Shown here in pieces: positions 23,138 through 30,223 of a stretch of 64,000 nucleotides of DNA. The notes beneath the pieces were generated by a model. The model ran no database searches, was not told where the DNA came from, and saw only the letters and a list, made by a program, of their open reading frames with translations. A program made the position numbers and the translations under genes. Within the stretch, counting starts at the first letter, position 1. Each line of letters begins with the position of its first letter. The stretch comes from Acidobacteriota bacterium (GTDB lineage Bacteria; Acidobacteriota; Terriglobia; Bryobacterales; Bryobacteraceae), in assembly GCA_016871155.1 (NCBI GenBank), contig VFZO01000003.1, positions 1,663-65,662 of the forward strand, written 5' to 3'.

Positions 23138-25449
23138 CCGCCCGGGCACTTCGCCACGATTGCTTTGGCCCGTTTCACAGCAGGCGCCGTCTGGGCCCGG
23201 AACGACTCCGTGGCCTTCCCCTCAACCACCGCCAGCACCTCCCGGCCCAATCCACACGCTCTCGCACGATTCCCGAGCCCGTCGTAGGTCTGCGCCAGGT
23301 CCGAGAAGGCCCAAAAGGCCTCCAACCGTATTGACTGGTTCCCTGGATCGGCGGCGCGCATCGCTCGGAACTCGACGGCCGCTTCCTCACCGTGTTTCAC
23401 GGCCTCGGCCTTATGACCGGAATCAAGTGAAGCCCGGCCCAACCGGTCGAGCGAGGCAGCCACACGCATCCGCGCGACAGCGCTCTTGGGATCCTCCGCC
23501 AAAATCTCTCTGCGAATGGCCAGTTGCTCCACGTACAGCACCCGCGATTCCTCGTGCCGGCCATTCCGTCCGGCAAGCGCCGCCAGCAGACCTATGTCAA
23601 CCCCGAGATTCGCACGCGCGGCACGCCGGTCGGGACCCTCGAAGCGAATCTTGTCGAGTCTATAGGCCTCCCGCGCGTGCGGCTCAGCCCCGGCGAAGTC
23701 GCGGCCGTTCAATAGCGTAGTCGCCAGCCAATGGTGCGCCTCCGCGAGACGCTGCTGCGCACGCGGATCGTTTGGCGCCGCCTCGGCAAGTTCCTTGCGC
23801 AGCGCCAGCGACTCACGCAACAGTTCAACCGCTTCCTTGTCCTTTCGCTTTCGCGCGAGGGCATCCCCTAGCTGCTTCAGCGCGAAGGCCAGTTGACCCC
23901 GGTCCGTGCCGGCGCGAGCGAGCGCCACGGACTCAGTCGCGGCGGCGATCGCTCCGTCGCTATCACCGCGCAGGGTAGACGCACTGGAAACGGCTCGCAG
24001 TCCCTCCACCAGAGCGCGCCGCACCGCCGGATCCGAGCTGCGCCGTTGCAAGCGCCGCGCGATGGCGACAGCCTGGCGGGCGCTCGCTAGCGCGTCCTCC
24101 GTCTTGCCAATCGATGCGCCGCCCAGGTCCTTCCCCTGGATGTCCGCCATGCGCAAATAGCCCCGAACGACGTCCAGTTGCACCTGTTCCGGTGCGTTTT
24201 CGTCCTTCGCCAGAGCGTCGAGGTAGGACAAGCTGCGCGTTACGATCATCTGCCTCGCCGGCAGCGAGCCCGGCAGCGATTCCACGGCGTCATGCATCTC
24301 AAACATCACCGAGCGCGCCAGCGAGTGCACCTGATCGAACCTGGCCGCGGCCAACCGCGCTTGCCAGAAAGCAATGCCCCCCGTGACGCTTAACGCTATT
24401 ACGGCCACCGCCGCCGCTCCAACAGCCCATCGGTTTCGCGCAACGAACTTTCCGAACTGGTAGGCAAAGCTGGGCGGCCGGGCTTCGATCGGGAGGCGGT
24501 TCAGGTAGTTCTCAATGTCGCGCGCGAACGCCGAGACCGAGTCGTAGCGCTCCTCCGGCGACCGCCGCAGAGCTTTTCTGGCGATAATGGCCAGATCGCC
24601 GGTCATAGGAACGTCGCGCACCTCTTCTTGGCCCACCCGCTCCACGACTTCGCCGATCTCGAGACCCGTCAACCTCCGGGGCACGCTTCCGCCGAGCAGT
24701 TCGCACATCAGAACGCCGAGTGAATACACATCGGCCGCGGTTGTGACCGGCTTTCCGAGAATCTGTTCGGGACTGGCGTAGTCGGCCGTATAAGCGCGCA
24801 CGCCGGTGGTCTGCGCGGCGGCCCCGCTCTCCAGAAGTTTGGCGATCCCGAAGTCGAGCAGCTTCACGGTCCCATCGGCCGTGACCAGAATGTTATCCGG
24901 CTTCAAATCGCGATGAACCACCAACGAACGGTGCGCGTACTGAACACCGGCGCACACTTGCAGCAACAACCGGAGCTTGCGGTCGGTTCCGTGCGGCTTC
25001 GAGTACTCCGCGATCGGAACCCCGTCGACGTACTCCATCACCAGATAGCGGAAGCCGAACTCGGTGACCCCGGAATCCAGCAGCCTCGCGATGTTCGGGT
25101 GCTCCAAACCGGCCAGGATTCTCGTCTCGCCGGCCGCCTGAACCAGAACGACCTTGATGGCCACTCGCTTGTCGAAGTCGCCGTCGATCCGCTCTCCCTC
25201 GTAGACGACGCTCATGCCGCCCCGGCCCGCTTCCCGGACGGCGCGGTATGCGCCAAAAATCTGCCCTCGGAAATCGGTGAGCGGCGCGGCGAGGAACTCG
25301 CCCATCCCGCCCTCCGCCTTCAAAAGCTCCATAACCTCCGCGTACGCGGCTCCGCTGCATTGGGAGCGGACGAATTCGGTGCGCCGCCCAACCGGCAGCT
25401 CCATCGCCGCGTTGAACACCTCCTCAACGCGATTCCATGTTTTCCCCAT
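23134..25449 (-). CDS. Ser/Thr protein kinase with TM segment and C-terminal TPR-like domain
   Basis: Kinase subdomains are present: GRGGMSVVYEG, VAIKV, HRDLKPDNILV, DFGIAK, YASPEQ. A TM helix follows (AVGAAAVAVIALSVTGGIAFW), then a long helical repeat region. Confidence 0.9.
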   Translation of the reverse strand: MGKTWNRVEEVFNAAMELPVGRRTEFVRSQCSGAAYAEVMELLKAEGGMGEFLAAPLTDFRGQIFGAYRAVREAGRGGMSVVYEGERIDGDFDKRVAIKVVLVQAAGETRILAGLEHPNIARLLDSGVTEFGFRYLVMEYVDGVPIAEYSKPHGTDRKLRLLLQVCAGVQYAHRSLVVHRDLKPDNILVTADGTVKLLDFGIAKLLESGAAAQTTGVRAYTADYASPEQILGKPVTTAADVYSLGVLMCELLGGSVPRRLTGLEIGEVVERVGQEEVRDVPMTGDLAIIARKALRRSPEERYDSVSAFARDIENYLNRLPIEARPPSFAYQFGKFVARNRWAVGAAAVAVIALSVTGGIAFWQARLAAARFDQVHSLARSVMFEMHDAVESLPGSLPARQMIVTRSLSYLDALAKDENAPEQVQLDVVRGYLRMADIQGKDLGGASIGKTEDALASARQAVAIARRLQRRSSDPAVRRALVEGLRAVSSASTLRGDSDGAIAAATESVALARAGTDRGQLAFALKQLGDALARKRKDKEAVELLRESLALRKELAEAAPNDPRAQQRLAEAHHWLATTLLNGRDFAGAEPHAREAYRLDKIRFEGPDRRAARANLGVDIGLLAALAGRNGRHEESRVLYVEQLAIRREILAEDPKSAVARMRVAASLDRLGRASLDSGHKAEAVKHGEEAAVEFRAMRAADPGNQSIRLEAFWAFSDLAQTYDGLGNRARACGLGREVLAVVEGKATESFRAQTAPAVKRAKAIVAKCPGG

Positions 25450-25484
25450 CTAGCGATTAGACCGCAAAACGGCGCCCGGTAGGG

Positions 25485-25673
25485 TTAGGGAATATTGGCT
25501 TCCACCGGTTTCGGAGGAATCGTGAACCGCCGCCCAAACGAGGTCGAGTTTGCGTTCTGCTGGTAGGACTCCATCGCCTCGCGGTTTTCGGGGCGATTCG
25601 GGCAAATCGCACAACGAGTGCCGGTGCACTTGTACGTTTCGCAACAAACTGTCCGAACCATGATCAACGACAT
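25485..25673 (-). CDS. hypothetical small Cys-rich protein
   Basis: 62-aa ORF (or 58 aa from MVRTV...) with five Cys in 14 residues (CCETYKCTGTRCAIC). It sits in a lower-GC gap between the TBDR stop and the kinase start and is preceded by a good sigma70-like promoter. No family recognised. Confidence 0.4.
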   Translation of the reverse strand: MSLIMVRTVCCETYKCTGTRCAICPNRPENREAMESYQQNANSTSFGRRFTIPPKPVEANIP

Positions 25674-25684
25674 TGCTTTTTACT

Positions 25685-25712
25685 AGGATACCTGAATGCA
25701 AACCGATTGCAA
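25685..25712 (-). promoter_or_regulatory. candidate sigma70-type promoter for the Cys-rich small ORF
   Basis: Minus strand: TTGCAA (25712..25707), a 16-nt spacer, then TATCCT (25690..25685). The predicted start site is only about 5-10 nt upstream of ATG 25673, so the mRNA would be near-leaderless. Confidence 0.25.
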
Positions 25713-25735
25713 GTATCTCTTGAAAATTTTTCCGC

Positions 25736-28700
25736 TCAGAACGCGAGGCGCAAACCGAACTGCATGCGCCGAGGCTCTAAGGCGGACAGAATACGCCCAA
25801 AATTGACGTTTAGGTTCGTCTCTACCTGTCCCGGTAGCGGGCGGCTGGGTTGAAAACCGGTGTTCGGCAAGTTGTAGTTTACGGTATTCAAAGCGTTAAA
25901 CAGCTCCCACCTGGTCTCCAGCCGGAACCGCTCTTTCAGGCTGAACGTCTTGAACAGCGAAAAGCTCAAGTCGTTCAGGCCGGGGCCGCGCGTCGACGGC
26001 AGCGTGCGTGGCGCGTTGCCGATGGTGAAATCCGGGGGATTTGCGAAAGCCTGGGTATTGAACCAGCGTGCGGGAGTCCGCTCTCCGCGCGGCAGAGTTG
26101 GATTTCCGGTTACGTTGGGGTAGCCGATGCCGGTGAAGTTGTTTGTCCCGCGCACCACCAGCGGCGTGCCCGTTTGCAGAGTCCAAATCCCATTCAACTG
26201 CCAACCGCCGAATGCGCCGCGCGTCATCCGGCCGGAGTTTTTGGCAAAGGGCAGTTCCCACAGGCCGCTCGCCACCATGCGCTGGGACACGTCGTCGGAG
26301 TCAATGGCCCGGTCGATTCTCCGGTTCAAACGCCCGATCCGGTAGTCGCCGGAGCCGGCAGCGGCGTCGCCGCCGCCCCCGATGGCCTGGCTCTCGCTGA
26401 TCAGCTTGCTCTTGGTGTAGCTCAACAGCGCGGAGACGCCGCCGGAGAAGCGCTTCTCGAGCGAGGCCTGCAAGGAGTGGTAGATGGTGCTGAGGCCGTT
26501 GTTCGCCCAAGTCGACACCGAGCCGTAGTCGGGAAAGGGCCGCAAAATTTGCTGCCTCTGCACGCGCGCCGCGCTGAGCGGTCCCGCTGTGATTTGTCCG
26601 AAGTACGGGTTGTCCACCAAATCCTGCAAACGCAATCCGAACGCGAAGTGCACGGGGTCCAACTGGTTCAGGTTGTAGTTCGCGCCGAACAACTTCGTCC
26701 CCTTGCTGCCCGCGTAGACGCCGGACACAACCCAACCGGCGCCGGCCGCGCGTTGAATCGCAAAATTCCACTGTTGTATGTAGGGAGTCTGCGCACCACG
26801 CGTCTGCGCGCGCACGTCCAAGCCGCGGGAAGCGCTAGGGCCGCCCGCCGCGCCCAACGGCTGGACCAGGGAAGCGGGGCCGGCGCTGTACCGGAACGCT
26901 CGTTCGATACCAGGCTGGGCCGAGGCGAACGGCGTGTCCACCGAGTAGCCGAAAGCGTTGGCGTTGTCCGGATTCAGGTTGCCGGATTCAACCATCGAGT
27001 AAATCAAGCCGTAGGCGCCGCGAATCGCCATGCGGCCGTTCCCCTTCGGATCCCAGGCGAAACCGAATCGCGGGCCAATATTGTTGTGGTCGCGATCGAC
27101 AATCGTCCGCGGATAGTCCCCCGCCCCGGCGTAGTTGAGTACTCCGGGTAGCCGGGTTTGCGGATTGATCGCCACCGGATCGAAGTTCGACGCTCGATTG
27201 TGCAGTTCGGTCCCGCCGAAGCTGGCGTCGTAGCGAACGCCTAGGTTCAGGGTCAAGCGGCGTGTGATCTTCCAGTCGTCCTGCAGAAATACCGCGAACG
27301 GGTTGGCGCGGAACTGGAAAAACGGCCGAACGCCCAGCGTTCCGCTCGAAACCTCTCCCAGCAAGAACGTCGCCATGCCGAAACCGGTGCCGGCCGGGCT
27401 CTGCGGATTGTTCGTCAGGTCGGCATTGAAGTTAAACGAACCCGACGGCTGCGAACGGTTGATAAAGCTCAACCGCCACCACCGAAAATCGGTGCCGGCC
27501 TTGAAGTTGTGATTGCCCCGCGTGATAGTGAGCGAGTCGGCGATCTGAATAATCTGCTGCGCGCGCAGTCCGCCCGAAAACGCCGCGCTGCCGATGTTGA
27601 GCAGTCCCGCTACCTGCACCGGCGGAAACTGATCCTGCGGAATGATGGACGGATAGCCAAGCTGTCGCGGCCAGTTCTGATCGAAGCTGGGATGCAGGAA
27701 AGGCAGCCATTGGCGGGTGGCGCCGAATCGAAAATCGTTGAGAATCGACGGCGACAGAATTTTCAAGTGGTTCAACACGGCGTTGTGGTTGTCGCGTTGG
27801 TCGTTGCGCGCCGATGGATCGGCTGGCCCCAGGCCCCAGCCGCGGTCGTTCCGCGTATTGCGCGTGGACGAATAGCGGAAAAAGATCGAATCCGCGTCGT
27901 TAAACCGGTGATCGATACGCGTATTTGTCACTCCTTGATCCGAGAGCGATCCAACAAGCGAGACGAAATTGTTTGTGTTCGTATTCGTGTCCGTCGGCGT
28001 GGCGTTCGGCAACGGCATGAACGGCAGAACCTTTAGCGACAAGGGGTCCATCCGGTTCTGCGGCACGATGTTGTTCGGAAACAGGTCGCGGATCGAACCG
28101 GCGCCGTTGGGATTCCGGCGCGTGGTGGCCGGGTCATAGATGGGGATTAAACCTCCCTGGGGCGTGCGCGTCGCAGAAAAGTTTCCGGCGCGCTGCAAAT
28201 CGGTTGCGACCGTGCCGATACGCGGCGAGCCGGTCGACCGCCACTTCCACTGCTCATAACCGGCGAAGAAGAACGTCCGGTTCTTGCCGTTGTAGATCTT
28301 CGGAATGAGCACCGGCCCGCCCACGGTTCCGCCGAAATGGTTGTAGCGCAGCACCTGCTTGATCCGGCCTGTGCGCCGATCGGGCTGTGTCGAAAACACA
28401 TTGCGAGCGTCCAGCGCGTCGTTACGAAGAAAGTGATAGAGACTGCCGTGAAACTCGTTGCCGCCTGACTTCGTCACGGCGTTCACAACGCCGCCCGACG
28501 TCTGGCCGAACTCGGCCTTCAGCGCGTTCGTCTCCACGCGGAACTCGGCCACCGCGTCCACCATCGGCACCACACTGATCTCGTTGTGGACCGCCGCGGA
28601 GTTGGAAACGCCGTCCAGGAAGAACTGGTTGCCGTAGGCCGGGCCGCCGTTGATCCGGATCTGCGAAAACCCCTGATTGCTGATCTCCGCGAAGCCGTCG

Positions 28701-29185
28701 GTCGTGTTGATCCTCGGCGTCACACCGGCCACGACCTTCACCAGATTGAACACATGCCGCCCATTCAAGGGAAGTTCTTCGATACGCTTCTGCTCGACGA
28801 CGGTGCCAAGCGAGGAGTCCTCCGTTTGCACGCGCGCCACCTCCGCGGTGACGATCACGCTCTCGGTCACCTGGCCTATCTCGAGCTGCACGTCGACCCG
28901 AAGCCGTTGGGCGACTTCAACGATCAAACCGCTGCGCCGCACACTTTTGAAACCGGTCTGAGCCAGCGTCAGCTCATAGCGGCCCACCGGTATCGAAGGA
29001 ATTACGTAGGTTCCGTCGCCGGACGTGGCACCCCTGAAAGTCAGGTTCGTCGACGTATTGCGAACCACGACCTCCGCGCCGCCCACGCCAGCCGACTGCG
29101 GATCGGTCACAGTGCCGGTGATTGTGCCAAGAGGAGATTGGGCAAAGCCAGGAATCGCCAGCAACAACAACGCGAAGCGTGCCAT
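25736..29185 (-). CDS. TonB-dependent receptor with N-terminal carboxypeptidase-regulatory-like domain (TBDR-2)
   Basis: Signal peptide MARFALLLLAIPGFAQS. Has a GTITGTVTDPQSAGVGGAEVVV...GTYVIPSIPVGRYELTLAQTGF CarboxypepD_reg module, a plug region (LPLNGRHVFNL), a long beta-barrel and a C-terminal ...FGLRLAF. Confidence 0.9.
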   Translation of the reverse strand: MARFALLLLAIPGFAQSPLGTITGTVTDPQSAGVGGAEVVVRNTSTNLTFRGATSGDGTYVIPSIPVGRYELTLAQTGFKSVRRSGLIVEVAQRLRVDVQLEIGQVTESVIVTAEVARVQTEDSSLGTVVEQKRIEELPLNGRHVFNLVKVVAGVTPRINTTDGFAEISNQGFSQIRINGGPAYGNQFFLDGVSNSAAVHNEISVVPMVDAVAEFRVETNALKAEFGQTSGGVVNAVTKSGGNEFHGSLYHFLRNDALDARNVFSTQPDRRTGRIKQVLRYNHFGGTVGGPVLIPKIYNGKNRTFFFAGYEQWKWRSTGSPRIGTVATDLQRAGNFSATRTPQGGLIPIYDPATTRRNPNGAGSIRDLFPNNIVPQNRMDPLSLKVLPFMPLPNATPTDTNTNTNNFVSLVGSLSDQGVTNTRIDHRFNDADSIFFRYSSTRNTRNDRGWGLGPADPSARNDQRDNHNAVLNHLKILSPSILNDFRFGATRQWLPFLHPSFDQNWPRQLGYPSIIPQDQFPPVQVAGLLNIGSAAFSGGLRAQQIIQIADSLTITRGNHNFKAGTDFRWWRLSFINRSQPSGSFNFNADLTNNPQSPAGTGFGMATFLLGEVSSGTLGVRPFFQFRANPFAVFLQDDWKITRRLTLNLGVRYDASFGGTELHNRASNFDPVAINPQTRLPGVLNYAGAGDYPRTIVDRDHNNIGPRFGFAWDPKGNGRMAIRGAYGLIYSMVESGNLNPDNANAFGYSVDTPFASAQPGIERAFRYSAGPASLVQPLGAAGGPSASRGLDVRAQTRGAQTPYIQQWNFAIQRAAGAGWVVSGVYAGSKGTKLFGANYNLNQLDPVHFAFGLRLQDLVDNPYFGQITAGPLSAARVQRQQILRPFPDYGSVSTWANNGLSTIYHSLQASLEKRFSGGVSALLSYTKSKLISESQAIGGGGDAAAGSGDYRIGRLNRRIDRAIDSDDVSQRMVASGLWELPFAKNSGRMTRGAFGGWQLNGIWTLQTGTPLVVRGTNNFTGIGYPNVTGNPTLPRGERTPARWFNTQAFANPPDFTIGNAPRTLPSTRGPGLNDLSFSLFKTFSLKERFRLETRWELFNALNTVNYNLPNTGFQPSRPLPGQVETNLNVNFGRILSALEPRRMQFGLRLAF

Positions 29186-29197
29186 TCCAGCAGTGTA

Positions 29198-29869
29198 CTA
29201 TCGCGTATCGAAACGGAGTGTGAAAATCAGCGTAACCGATTGGTACCGTTTTCCTTCGTACGTGCCGGCCACCGGCTCTTTCACCGCAACGTGCAACTGC
29301 CATTCTCCCGGACCTTGCAGATGGAACGAAAACTCCCCGGCTTTGCCCGTGGTGGCCTTCATGGCGCCCGGTGGAAGTTCGCCGCTCTCGCTCTTGTCGT
29401 GTTTGTGCTCTCCGTCGTGTCTGCCTTGCTCCGACGTGTAGGCCGATATCAAGGCACCCGCCAATGGTTTGCCGTTCCGGAGAAGGCGGAACCGGCCCGG
29501 ACCCGTCCCAACGATATCGACGGGCAATGTCTCAGGACTGTGCTTTGCGACGCCGCCACGAAACGCTTTCGCACCATAGAGCACCAGCGTGGCCGGACCG
29601 TGGCCCTCATAGACGCCGTACGTGTGGCTCATGGGGTATCCGGCAGCCGCACCCAAATCCAGCGCATCGCTCTCCACCTTGGCTTGTACCGGGCCGTACC
29701 CGCCCTTCTCATCGAGTGTCCAGAGTTTGGCCTTCTGAAAACCCTCAATCCGGGCACCCGTCATCCGGTCGTGCGGAAACACGCCAAAATGGAGCTTCCC
29801 ATTGGTCTCAATCCATGGCCAGTGCGCAAACGCCGGCACGGCAAGTGCTAAAAACGTGAATTTTTTCAC
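29198..29869 (-). CDS. DUF4198-like periplasmic protein with His/Asp/Glu-rich loop
   Basis: Start placed at GTG 29869 (VKKFTFLALAVPAFA signal peptide), overlapping the upstream stop (GTGA). The mature N-terminus HWPWIE... resembles the H-x-F-W start of DUF4198. The loop GRHDGEHKHDKSE is encoded at 29425..29387. Track ORF 29198..30220 over-extends. Confidence 0.7.
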   Translation of the reverse strand: MKKFTFLALAVPAFAHWPWIETNGKLHFGVFPHDRMTGARIEGFQKAKLWTLDEKGGYGPVQAKVESDALDLGAAAGYPMSHTYGVYEGHGPATLVLYGAKAFRGGVAKHSPETLPVDIVGTGPGRFRLLRNGKPLAGALISAYTSEQGRHDGEHKHDKSESGELPPGAMKATTGKAGEFSFHLQGPGEWQLHVAVKEPVAGTYEGKRYQSVTLIFTLRFDTR

Positions 29870-30222
29870 GGCAGTTTTCCTCCCTCCGGCACATACACGA
29901 TCTCTCCGTTTTGCAAGCGGTACGCGGTTCCCAACCGTTCGCCGGCGCCGCGGCCCTGCTCGCCGGTTGCTTTGAGGGTCTCGATCTTGTTTCCCTTCTT
30001 GATCACCATCTCCATATCCGGCTTCCCAGGATTCGTGACGATAGTCACATCCTGTTGGGAGAGCCGCGCCGCCATGCCGGCAACGTTGCCCTTCGAGAGC
30101 AGCGCCAGCAGCATGGCGACGACAAGAACTATGCTGGCGTCGAACAGGTTGATCAAGCCAAGCAGCGGATCGGCGCTGTCTTCTCCCTGGCCGCGAAAAC
30201 GGTTCCCGGTGCGGCGCCACAT
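29866..30222 (-). CDS. single-pass membrane protein in ExbD/TolR position (DUF2149-like)
   Basis: MWRRTGNRFRGQGEDSADPLLGLINLFDASIVLVVAMLLALL has one TM after a charged N-terminus, then a small soluble domain. The ATG at 30222 is 1 nt after the TBDR-1 stop. The family assignment (DUF2149 versus ExbD) is from memory of the NLFD...TM pattern. Confidence 0.6.
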   Translation of the reverse strand: MWRRTGNRFRGQGEDSADPLLGLINLFDASIVLVVAMLLALLSKGNVAGMAARLSQQDVTIVTNPGKPDMEMVIKKGNKIETLKATGEQGRGAGERLGTAYRLQNGEIVYVPEGGKLP

Positions 30223-30223
30223 A

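Noticed and set aside
23100-23200. 6S RNA (ssrS) expected downstream of zapA by analogy with E. coli
   Set aside because: The zapA stop interlocks with the stop of the convergent kinase gene, so there is no intergenic space.
25850-29851. Plus-strand ORFs of 433 aa (25850..27151), 175 aa (27509..28036) and 421 aa (28586..29851)
   Set aside because: They are antisense to TBDR-2 and the DUF4198 gene. They are rich in Arg/Gly/Ala/Pro, have no motifs, and the opposing frames carry unmistakable TonB-dependent receptor features.
29870-30220. N-terminal extension of track ORF 29198..30220 (340 aa)
   Set aside because: It overlaps the ExbD-position gene in another frame and is Arg/Gly/Asp-rich. The GTG at 29869 yields a clean signal peptide (VKKFTFLALAVPAFA).
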